From NCBI GenBank assembly GCA_964270895.1, contig OZ185436.1: a stretch of 64,000 nt of DNA; one strand, given 5' to 3'. A model generated the notes under the pieces. The model was not told the origin of the DNA. It made no database searches and worked only from the letters and a program-made list of their open reading frames with translations. The DNA comes from Podarcis filfolensis. Taxonomy: Eukaryota. Below, piece after piece: positions 11,243-22,195 of the stretch; the stretch's first letter is position 1, and the number at the start of each line of letters is the position of its first letter. A program made the position numbers and the translations under genes.

Positions 11243-11656
11243 CACCACCCAAATCTTCCATCAAGAAACAGAGGGAAAAGTGAATGAGGACCCTTGGGAT
11301 GGGAACACAGAGAAGTGGTTCCCTTTCACAGTGTTTCTGAGGAGATTAGACCTTCAGAACCAGCTTCAGGTAGAGGCTGATTTCTTGTGGGATTAGAGGT
11401 AGGTGATTTGTTCTGTTGTGGGTTCTAACAAAACAGCTGACAAACACACTTGACTGAATGAGGTAAAACAAACTTTTATTCATTTACTGCATTTGGATTT
11501 TGCACCATACATATTTAGAGGCATCTTACAAAAATAAGAAACAACAGTTATTTTTGCATCTCTATTCTGCAGCCAGCATCTTGGGAATAAAATAGTGATT
11601 GATGGCAGCAAAGATCATATGTACACCAAGGGGGTGGTGCTCTTTGATCAAAATAC

Positions 11657-11659
11657 TTT

Positions 11660-11707
<48 letters not shown>
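11657..11707. repeat. (TTTC)n microsatellite
   Basis: Direct tandem run. Confidence 0.95.
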
Positions 11708-13213
11708 TGCAGACACACTGGACAGAGGACAAAATGCAAGGAATATGTTGAGTTCCTCCATACAGTTCATCCAGTGGTCTAGCTAGGTACAGTCAAGATG
11801 GAATGGCTGTTTTTTGACAGCTTGAATGACTAAGCAGTGAGATTCATATACCGGGTCTATGAAAGGTCATGTTGGAATACCCTTGTTAGTCTTTTAAGGT
11901 GCCATGGGACTCTTTGTTGTTTCTATAAAAGACTAAACTTGGCTACTCTTCTGGAATTTGCAAGGTACTGATAGTATAGATGAAGAGCTATAGTGCAGTA
12001 GTAGAGCACATGATTTCTTTGCAGGGTTGAAGCCCTGCCATCTTTTGTTAAAATGGCCAGGTTCCTATGATCATGCTTTTTCCATGATGGAGACAATGAA
12101 CACTAGATAGCAGATAGCTGGTTCTTTCTCATGTAATTTTACATTGACAGTGACTTTCCCTTTGTTCAAAGGAACACAGAGCTGGTTAAGGCACAGGTAG
12201 ACAACACAGTGCCCTCCATAAGTTGCAGATTACAATTCCCATCAGTCCCGGTTAGCATGGCCAACAGTCAAGGTTGATGGAGTTGTAGTTCACGGCATCT
12301 GAGGTGAGGCATCAGGTTGGCTAACAATAAACCTATGGTAGTCCATTCGAAGCCATCCTGTCCAAAGTCAGCAACATCAAACTACCAACCCCAGGCAGAT
12401 AAACTACTGTAATATAGTCAACTGTGTCCTATGGACAGGAGGGTTCCAAATGAACACTTCTAGCTGATGCCACCAGAAACTGTCCCACAGATCCCAGTAC
12501 TAAACTATTACCTGAGTCACCTGTTGCACTTAACTTGCTGTGCTTGTTATGATCTGCTTCTCTGATTTTCAGAGGCCATCTTTACATTTGATTGCATTTG
12601 CACACCAGAAATACAAAAGGCAAGCAGCATCTCTTCAAGGACTGGGAAAGGGCTGGGATTATCGTCAGAGTCCCTCTGGATTAAAGAGTCTCTCTGGAGC
12701 TAGCAAGTAGCATTACAGTTTGGTGGCATAACACCTGACGTTCTGCAAACTCAAGAGAGCTTAACAGGAAAAAGGTAGCCTTAACTATGAAGTACCGCTC
12801 TAAGAAACCAGTGGGTTTGGCTACCACCTTAAAACTTTCACAGGTTCTGGTGAAATCCAACAGGAATTGAGACAACAACCCACCAGTTAAGTGTGCTTAA
12901 GCCAATTGATTTCGAATGGTGTGCATATGTGGTCAGGTACTGTGTACTTGAGCCAGGGGACTTAGGCATGCGCAATGGTCTCTGGGTGGTGCCCAAAAGG
13001 TGGAAGCAAATTCCACTAAAAAGTAAAGGTACTTCTACAAACACATTTAAGATTGAGGTGTTTTAATAGCCACCCTTCAAAGGCAACAACCCACAACTTG
13101 TTTACTCCACACCAGATCCAGTGGGTTATAAATTGCTGCTTTCCTATATACACAATGACTAAATAATTACTGTAATAGCACCAGATAGCATCCACAAGGA
13201 CATCAGTGGGAAA

Positions 13214-13413
13214 NNNNNNNNNNNNNNNNNNNNNNNNNNNNNNNNNNNNNNNNNNNNNNNNNNNNNNNNNNNNNNNNNNNNNNNNNNNNNNNNNNNNNNN
13301 NNNNNNNNNNNNNNNNNNNNNNNNNNNNNNNNNNNNNNNNNNNNNNNNNNNNNNNNNNNNNNNNNNNNNNNNNNNNNNNNNNNNNNNNNNNNNNNNNNNN
13401 NNNNNNNNNNNNN
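13214..13413. other. Assembly gap (200 N)
   Basis: Exactly 200 Ns; a round number suggests a scaffolding placeholder of unknown true size. Confidence 0.99.
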
Positions 13414-14399
13414 AGCAGGACTGAGCAGAGGAGATAGCAAGCTTAGTTGTTGGGAAAGGAAAGGGTGATAACAAAAAAACAAGGTTGAAATGCACATGAT
13501 TGCCAAGCTTTTTAAAATGCCCTGTAGTGGTAGCAACATAATAACAGCATAGCACCATTCTCAGCATTTCACTGATTATTTCCATAATATTGTTCAGCAG
13601 GTAAAACATAAAAACAAGTGTTTCATACAGAATCCCCTCATACAAAATACATGTGCTCTGATTTTTGTTTGGAGTCTTCCAAAATGCTATTGTTTATTGG
13701 AGACTATTGCTTGCTGTTCAGGATTAAGGTGAAACTTCTTCAAATGAATTCATTTTTTTAAGAGTGATATTTACACAGGAGGGTGTTTCCCCATAGGTTC
13801 TGACAAAAAAAAATGTTTACAACCACAACAGTATTTTAGAAAGTTTCTGGCCAAAAATAAAAATCAAAATCAATTATACTTTTTGGTGGGATCTGAATTG
13901 GTTGAGTAAGTACCTCGGAAAGAGATAACTGAAAACGTTGGCTTAATGTGCAGCAGCACTGAAAAAACATTGCTAAGTATAGTTGCAATTTCTTTCCTAA
14001 TAATTCCTGTCAGTTTCATCATGCTTTTATTTAAATATGTGGCACAGCCACATTTGGAAGACTGCTTACTATTCTGGTTGCCCAATCTCAAAAAGAATAG
14101 AATAGCATTAGAAAAGGGATGGGAAAGAACAATCAAAGTGATCAAGGCACTGAACAGCTTCACCTATAAGAAAAGGTTTAGCATTTGACTCTTGTTTAGA
14201 AATCAAGCCATTTAAAGGATGATGAAGGTTTATAAAATAAGTAGTGTTATTTAAAATATGATGAAATACTATGAGGTTCAGAACAATCTGTAGGTTCAGA
14301 ACGGAAAAAGGAAGCCTCTTTTGCCACAATGCAGTTAACATATGGAATTCACTGCCACTGGATGTGAGAAGGGCTGGACAAATTCACAGTGAATGGGTC

Positions 14400-14484
14400 T
14401 ATTAATGGCGATTAATCACAAGCTAAATGGAACCACTATTGTTTATTAATGGTGATTAATCACAATAGCTAAATGGAACCACTA
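14400..14484. repeat. Local duplication of an approximately 40-bp unit
   Basis: TATTAATGGCGATTAATCACAAGCTAAATGGAACCACTA (14400-14438) and TATTAATGGTGATTAATCACAATAGCTAAATGGAACCACTA (14444-14484). Confidence 0.9.
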
Positions 14485-14679
14485 ATTTGCCTGGAAACTC
14501 AGGTTCCAGTTTTTCAACTCCCTGTTTTTCATGGAGGTGACATCTATAGGGGTCTTGGTAAGATTGGACTTCATCTGCTTTGCATACGATTTCTTGTGCA
14601 GTTACTTTGCCCAAAGCAGATTTTAAGCCTAAAGCTGAAAAACGAAGAGGTGTACGTACACTGCAAGCATTGGAAGATT
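14400..14679 (-). other. COL7A1: Candidate terminal (3' UTR) exon of COL7A1, exon-118 equivalent; 3' end not defined
   Basis: Strong acceptor CTAATTAGCTTTTCCTCTTTCTCAG ending at 14680; AATAAA on minus strand at 14442-14447; other weaker acceptors exist in the intron. Confidence 0.45.
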
Positions 14680-16027
14680 CTGAGAAAGAGGAAAAGCTAA
14701 TTAGAAGATTCTTCCTCCTGGTCATGTCCTTAAGAAACACTCCATAAGAATCATTTTACCCTATTAGTCCATCCCAAGTGACAAACTCTCCGACCAGATT
14801 TGCAGATGTGGCAAATCATAGGTGTACTCATCAAGCCTCATTTGACAAGCTGGGGCAGGTGGGATGGGTGGGGGTCAAGTTTCACAGAAGAATTGCAGAA
14901 ACAAACCATTTGGAGCATCGCTAGAACTGTAGCTTTGGCAATGCATCATGGGACTTCTGAATTCAGATACTCATAGCACTTCTTATTGCAACAGAAAGGG
15001 CATACAGGGGACCAAGAGGAAAAGCTCATAAAGGATGCAAACCTGAATTGAGAGAATCAGTTTGGTGTGGCTATATATAATACATTCCATGTGTCATCAG
15101 TCGGCCAGCATCAAATAAGTTAAGAGAGCTCTAATTAAAATATGTCTTTTCTTTTTCTTTTTATATTATATATAAAAGAGGTTATGCATATGTTTTTCAT
15201 TTGATAAAAATTTCACCTTAATTTAAAAAATAAACCAAGAGCAACCAAAATACTTTTAAAAAAAGAATAGCACCGTTTCTCTGCTCCAGCTGAAGCAGCC
15301 CACACACGCACACATACACATAGAAAATACACACACACAAACATGCGCAACTGTGCTGCAGGCAGTAGAAATGGCTGCAAGATGAGTCTCAGACCAAATG
15401 TACTCTGTAACTCTAAGACCTTTTGCAGGATAAGAATAGTTTGGGAGCCTCAGGAGCCAGAACTCTTCTTTTGGTCAGTTCTCCCAGAATCCAAAACCCA
15501 CTTCAGAGTTTATACACGTCTGTTCTGATCCAATGTGTTGCCACCTACCAAAACGGGGGGGGGGGGCAGGAGAGAAAGAGAGAACCCAATCAATTTTTGA
15601 AAACAATATTTATAACTGATCCTGCTTTGAACATGTTGGTTTAGGACAGACTTCCCAAACCTGGGTGGAATCTACACACATATAAAAACCGTTCTGAAAA
15701 TGCTTTTTTAAAAAGCGTTTTAAAAAAGACCTTGAATTTTCCATAAGGCTCGCCATCGCCATCTAGTGTCACATTGTATATTGCACTTAAAACACACTTA
15801 AAATGTTTTATTTGCAGCTGTATAGCTGAGTCGCTGGTGTCCCCCAGATGCTGTCAGGCTACAACTCCCATCACCCTTGACTGCTAGCCATGCTGGATGA
15901 GGCTGATGGGAGTTGTAGTACAATAGCGTCTAGAGGCACAGTGTTGAGGAAAGATGATCTAGGAATTGCTAAAAGATGGAGAAGCAGCTCCCAGGCCCCT
16001 CTTTGAACCAATCTTACCTGCAGCAGC

Positions 16028-16197
16028 CTATGACTTGCACTGAAGCTCACAGTCCTCCTTGGAATGGAAGCGGTTGCTATTCCCCCTGCAACCGCTGTAG
16101 ATGAAGGGCCGGCACTCAGACACTCTTTGGTTATAGTACCACCTTAGCGTGTATTTGCTGCAGTCTCCCTCGTCCAGGGGCAAGGAGCATGGCTCAG
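16028..16197 (-). CDS. COL7A1: COL7A1 exon-117 equivalent: Kunitz domain and stop codon (exon continues to donor at 16018)
   Basis: (A)EPCSLPLDEGDCSKYTLRWYYNQRVSECRPFIYSGCRGNSNRFHSKEDCELQCKS*; six Cys; acceptor CCTTCCAG; donor CAG/GTAAG 10 nt after TAG. Confidence 0.96.
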
Positions 16198-16928
16198 CTG
16201 GAAGGCAGAAGAAACAAACCTATACATTAGATTTCCTAGGGCTTAAGCATCCACTCTCAGGTGTTCCACTGAGAAGCACCTCAACAGAAAACACTGCAGA
16301 CCTTCTATTGTGCCTAAGACAGTGCCAGAGTAGGGTGGAAAAGAGCCACACAGGGTTGGTAGTTAACACATCAGCAGGTTATGCTAGGATGTTGTCATTC
16401 ACGTACTTCAGCCTACAGATTTCCTTCTAACTTCTGTCACCTCACAAGGAGCTAAGTTTACTCATCCACAGTATAGACATAAGGCTTATACTGGAAACAT
16501 GCAGCTGCGGACACATGTCATTATTTTTATCTACAGAAGTTCGAGCAACATGCCTTCCAAGTGCCATCACAACTAGATTTGAGTTCTTCTAAAAGGAGTC
16601 TGAGGACTGGCCCTGCCAGAAAATGCCACCTCTACAAAGAATACCAGGCCACCTCAGGATCCAAGCGGAGCAGAGCCATATGCAGCCTGCCGATATTCCC
16701 ACCATCTTGGTTGACCCTGATGGTAATGGTGCAGGTGGTGGTGTTGGGGACTGGCAGGCCACATGCACCCCACAGTCTCCATGTTCCTTATCAGATAACC
16801 TGCTTTTTACAATTTATAATACCGGAAGCGGGTGGAGCGAATGGCTCGTTATTCATTCCAAGAGGACGGAAGGAAAGGAGACGACAGCTCCTTTGAGAGA
16901 AAGGTCACAAGGCAGGTCTGCTGCTTAC

Positions 16929-16991
16929 CTTCCTCAGAGGGAGCTCTCTTTTGCCGTTCATGCTTGGAAGCTGCCCTGGGGCTCAGTACCT
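16929..16991 (-). CDS. COL7A1: Additional COL7A1 NC2 exon (63 nt, phase 1-1) with RQKR furin-type site
   Basis: Acceptor CTCTGCTCCCTGTTTGTAG, donor AAG/GTAAGC; reads (E)VLSPRAASKHERQKRAPSEE in frame between the exon 116 and 117 equivalents. Confidence 0.75.
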
Positions 16992-18049
16992 CTACAAACA
17001 GGGAGCAGAGTACTGGTTTAAGAAGTCATGGCCACAGGAGAAGCTTCTAGTGTCTGTATTGGGCTTCTCCCCGTCCTCCCTGCCACCCCAGAATGGGAAG
17101 AAGGAATGGGATAGTGAGGGCATGAAAGGTGTTTCAGGAGACCCAGAATTTATTTCTGGCCAAAAACAAAACCCAGAACCAAAGGCGATCACAGTGTAGC
17201 ACCATCTTATCTACACACACAATAAAACAAAAAAGGGAAGTGAACTGTAGCTGTTATATCATCCAAGTCTCACTATTCCCGTGCCCCTGCAGATTAAAGA
17301 TCAAAAACGAAAAAAACTGGATCTTATATACTATGGATACAGTTTGCACAGTGCAAAAATTTAAAAATCCTTGAGACTCGCAAGGAAAAGAAGTATGGGA
17401 GTAACAGAATAGGCCTAACTACTGGCTTCCTAAGGAGTCTTTTTTATTAGTCCGCTACACTCCTTCTGTTAGAAAGCTCTGGTCAGTGATATGCCAGCCC
17501 AAGAGGCAACTTTAAGGTCTACCAACCTTGCAGGGGCTAGTTCAGCTGTGGGGGGGGGTGTTACTTATAAAAATCAATAATGTGTTTGCTGGATGCTGAA
17601 GCTTCTTTCTGTTCTCAGTCGGGGCATGGGATCTTCCTTGCTTACTAGTGATCTCTACTTTGTAGCTTACCACAGGTGGGAGGCAGGTCTACCAAAGCTC
17701 TCCATCTTTCAAAGCTCATTCGTCCTATGGCCAAGGAAAGTGACTTCTCCAGCTAGCTGCTTTTTAATTACAATATTACTTGCCAAGGCTGCCAACTAGT
17801 GGTCATGGAGGAGTATGCAGCACCAGTAACTGCAGTGGTTTTCTATTCAATATAATATATGCTATGGGGCAGGGGATACCCAAAGCCAGTAATTCGTTTC
17901 ACACAGATTCCCACAGATGACCAATCACTTTCATTGGGCTTCAGTAGGAGCCAAGTGCTCCAGCCTGCTGCTACCCCCACCCAAGGGGCAACTGCAGGAG
18001 AGCATGTCCCAATTCCGTCAAACGTGTTCTGCAGACCAATGGAGCTCAC

Positions 18050-18163
18050 CATCCCTCAGCATAGGGCTCTCTGTCCCATCTGCTCCCTCTTCATAGTCCT
18101 CCTCTGTGTAGATGTACTCATACTCAGGGTCATCTACGTTCACTATGTGTCGTGTCTGGCTCC
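18050..18163 (-). CDS. COL7A1: COL7A1 exon-116 equivalent (114 nt, acidic Tyr-rich NC2)
   Basis: (G)SQTRHIVNVDDPEYEYIYTEEDYEEGADGTESPMLRD; TTTGTAG / GTGAG. Confidence 0.92.
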
Positions 18164-18270
18164 CTACAAAACAGGAACGGCTGCTTCAGAAGGAATCCAA
18201 GAATGATGAGGAATGGATGGCAAGGAAGGAAGAACAAATGGGTAGGTCTCATTCTGAGCACACTTAAAGT

Positions 18271-18452
18271 GAGAAGAGCCTGCTGGATCGGGCCAATGGT
18301 CCATCGAATCTGGCATCCTGTTCTTACAGTGGCCAACCAGATGACTGTGGGAAACCAGCAAGCAGGATCCGAGCACAAGAGCACTCTCTCCTCCTGTGGT
18401 TTCCAGAAACTGGTATTCAGAAGCTTTGCTGCCTCCAACTGTGGAAGCAGAG
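18271..18452 (-). mobile_element. CR1-group LINE 3' fragment
   Basis: Reverse-complement homolog of 10498-10656. Confidence 0.75.
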
Positions 18453-19349
18453 CTCTTGCTCCAGACAAAGCAGGAATTGTATCCAAAGTCTGTCTTGGCT
18501 TACCACCCATGGCTGGTCTGCGGGAGACAAACCAAAAGCTCGGGTTTGGATGTAATGCTAAGCCAACCCATGACTTAGCCCTGGTAGCATGGTAACCTGC
18601 GCATTTGCTTGTTCACAGCAAACCATAGTTTGGCTTAGTTTTATGCATGAAATGAAGAATTGTTACATAGCTTGTTGTTGATCTATGCCATATCGGTTAA
18701 TTGCCCAAAGAAAAGCCCCACAATATAAGGGCATAGCAACTTTATGTATTTTGGGTGATCAAATGGCAACTTTCCAGCAAAGGGTGGAATATACTTATCT
18801 GGTATATTCTGTAGCCATTGGTCCTTTCATGGTGTGTCACCATGAGAAGGATCTGCCAGTACTTCTATCCTTATTAGCACCCTAAATGCAATATTATCAA
18901 CTCCATCTATGTTTATCTGTTGTAGCAAAGCCAACAAAAAGGACTGCTAGTCTTTAACAAGTTTATTACGGCACAAGCTTTTTGCTGGCTAGACTGCACT
19001 TTGTCAGATAAAGAAAGCCTAATCCTCCTCAGCTGACAAATGGATAAGCTAAGGAGACCATACATTTGACAATGAGGGCTCTGGTCTGCAAAGCTATATA
19101 CTGCAATGAATGTGTTAAGTCTTCAACATCCCCATAGGATGCTTTGCTGTTTTCACTTTATTACGTTCGTTATGCAGAAATGGCCCTGCCCTCAAAAGAT
19201 CCAAGCCTATCACTGAATCCTGCCTTTGAAACGGCTTGGCTTTATAAGGGAAGCGAAAAGACAAGGAAAGGGGAGGCTGGTGGCAGAACCTCTGTGCATG
19301 CTAGCAGAGGTGATGCTGTGCACATGAAACAGCAAGAGACAAGACTCAC

Positions 19350-19445
19350 CTTCCTCTTCCTCAGCGTGGGACAACTTAAGCACAGGGACTATTTGAGCAT
19401 TGACAGATGGGAACGGTTGGGTAGATGGATAGTTGGGGAGGAGAC
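19350..19445 (-). CDS. COL7A1: COL7A1 exon-115 equivalent (96 nt)
   Basis: (R)LLPNYPSTQPFPSVNAQIVPVLKLSHAEEEE; AG/GTGAG. Confidence 0.95.
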
Positions 19446-21013
19446 CTGGGAGGGGCAAGGTCACAACACAAACATAAACAAGCACGTAAGAGTGACTGAC
19501 AAGCTGTACTACCTCCCACTCCAGACATGAAACACAGGCCCCCGCCCACCCCACAGCCAGAGTTCAAGAGCCGCACCCGGTGTTGTCCTCTTCCACAAAA
19601 GTCAGCCATTAAACACCTCAGACAGGGAAAATCCTGACCTAAGGTTTGCATGATGGGCCGACTGTTACAGAGAGAACGTTTTGACCCCAGCAGCCCAATC
19701 CAGTGGCATTTCCAATTCAGCCAGGCATATCCTCCTGTAGTGGCAGAGGACCCTTCTGCAAAGCAGACCAGAGTCTGCACGGCTGAATTGTGTCCCAGTT
19801 TTGCATGCTGGAAGCGGGACTGTGCCCTTGAGCCCTGGCACATTTGGGTGGATCAATGTTTCAGCACTACACAGCAACACATGGAAAGCTTCTACTAGCA
19901 AAACAGCAGAAAGTACACGCCAGGGAGACGAATAAGAACAGCACTGGCTGCTCCCAGGTATGCAGCATTTATCTGTGAGATATTAGGAGGAGGTGAAGGC
20001 AGGTGGGAGCCCTGAGAAGTCCCTCGAGTCCTCCCAGCACCTCTGGAAATCCAATTCTGACCACAAGCTCCTGAGCACAGGTGACTGAGGGGTGTTGCCC
20101 TGCTTCAGAGCCTCCCACCCCTGATGCTGGCACTTCTGGGGATGCTTTTTATATGCATGCTATTGAGACTCCCTGTGCTGTTGAGATCCTCATGGTCTCC
20201 CACAGCCCCTCCAAAATTCTTCCTCTGCTTGCATGCCTCTGCTTCCTCTCCCTGCACACACCATTCTCCATTGAGAACAAAGAGGAAGATAATTCGTGCT
20301 AGGTTTTCCCAAAGCTTTGCTGCTCATTTCACTATGTTCCCATTCAAGCATCAAACTCAGCACTATAACACTATAACCCATTTCCGGATGCTGCCATTGA
20401 ACAGCTTGCTAAAATGGAGGCCATTGGAAAGTTCTGCCCTGTATTGTTCCCCACCAAAATGAACATGATAGTGCTATGAAAGACTCACATTACAGGTCAC
20501 TAATACTTTGATATTTACAAAATATAGCTGGAAACGCGCTAATTAATAAATTGATTAAAAACACAAATGGGGTGATAAAAACAGTGCCCATTACAAAGGA
20601 TGTAGGGAGCTGATGAAGCCTGCTGCATACCTGGAAGCACAAACCATATTCCTGTATCCATGAGTTACAGGATGCTGCTCTTTATTGCTGACTGGCCGGA
20701 GCAGCTGGCATGGTGGGGTGGTGCTGAGGAGCTGCCCTCCTGACAGCAGCACTGCTGCTGCTTCCCTGGAAGGTGCTGGGGTGGGGCTAGGCAGCAGCAA
20801 GGTCAGCGCAGAGCCAATCAGATGCTGCCGCTGGTGCCCCCCACACCCCAAACTTGCTGCCGTTCTGCCCCACCCCATTCTGGTACAAGGCAGCAACGCA
20901 GTTGTGGAGAGGGCAGGTCCTTGGCAGCGTCCCACCATGCCAGTCGCTCCTGCTGGCTGGGATTTTGATTACGGCAAAGAGGAAGCTGATCCATCAGAAA
21001 CAAATATACTCAC

Positions 21014-21046
21014 GTCGATCAGGAGGGGAGAACTGGCCTCCACAAG
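21014..21046 (-). CDS. COL7A1: COL7A1 exon-114 equivalent (33 nt)
   Basis: (A)CGGQFSPPDR; AG/GTGAG. Confidence 0.92.
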
Positions 21047-21656
21047 CTGAAATGAGAAATAGGCGATTAATTCATCCAGGCACCCAGTTTTGGGTCTCAG
21101 GCACCGAAGGCCAAACTACATGCTACGTGGAAGATTTGAAACCAACTGAAACATAGCCATGGGGTGAGGGGCTGTCAATTTCTTTGGCGCAGCAGCAAGT
21201 GGGAGGAAGCAGAATTTAACCATTTTAGCGCCTGCCTTTCCCCCTGTGCAACTTATTCCCCCGCAAAAAAACCCCCCTGGAGGTGGATTTTGATTGAGAC
21301 AACAGCACTTGGGGGAAGAGTTGAACACCCCACAACCCCCCATGCCTGCTGCATCTCCCACCCACCCACAACTGCAGTTCAATTAAAAAAAGAAGGCACC
21401 AGCCGATAATCCAGTCCCAGATCTTTTGCACGACAAGTGTAGTTTGGCTCGAACAGAACACTCCCAAAGGGACATCCTGAGAAATACATGGGTATCTATC
21501 ACCATGGAACAAGTATGTTTCAGGCCCAGTTAGGGTACCTGTAAAACTAGGAGGAGAAGGGCACTCAGAGAGACAGAATAAGGCAGAAGAGTCAAGGGAG
21601 AAAACAGCAGGATGGAGGTGCAGGTGGTCAAAGGCTAGTGGCGGGTGGAGCCTTAC

Positions 21657-21705
21657 CACAGTGCTGACTCATCTCCTGCCTGACGAACAGACGGACCTCT
21701 TCTTC
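21657..21705 (-). CDS. COL7A1: COL7A1 exon-113 equivalent (49 nt)
   Basis: EEEVRLFVRQEMSQHC; AG/GTAAG. Confidence 0.96.
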
Positions 21706-21887
21706 CTGCAGAGGAGACAGTGCATAGCATTATGTGTTCTATTACCCCTGCATGAGTCTTCCATGGCTGATGCAGCAATGTGAGATATACACAGGGAATG
21801 TTAAGAGCGCAAACTTCTGTTGCCTAAAGACATTCCAGCGCAAGAGCAGAGTCAAAATGGATGAAGGAGCAGGGAGCAAGTTTAAAG

Positions 21888-22019
21888 TAGGGTTACCAGA
21901 TTTTTTTCAATGAATCTGGGGACACTTTTCAACTTCAGTAGGAATGATAGGATTTTGTCATGGGACTGATTTGTAAATCCGGGGACTGATTTGGGAAACG
22001 GGGACGTCTGGTCACCTTA
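21888..22019. mobile_element. hAT MITE
   Basis: TIRs TAGGGTTACCAGA / TCTGGTCACCTTA; perfect 8-bp TSD GTTTAAAG at 21880-21887 and 22020-22027. Confidence 0.9.
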
Positions 22020-22195
22020 GTTTAAAGGACATCAGGACCAAGATTTTGACTGAACTTGACTTCCTGCTAAAGGAAGAAACTTGGCTGCATTGACCACCAT
22101 TGGCCACTATAGGACTAGCCATATTGAAATGGCCATCCTATCCTAGAGTTTTTATTCAGAATGTCATGCCAGAGAACTTAGGTCTCTCTCCTCAC

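Noticed and set aside
13016-13645. ORFs spanning the N run
   Set aside because: Artefacts of translating 200 Ns.
7038-14400. UCN2, PFKFB4, CNBP or HMCES exons expected from human neighbourhoods
   Set aside because: No matching peptides recognised on either strand; sequence hidden in the gap cannot be excluded.
18504-18517. 14-nt microexon with good AG and GTAAG sites in COL7A1 intron 115
   Set aside because: Would frameshift, and its acceptor lies in repeat-like sequence.
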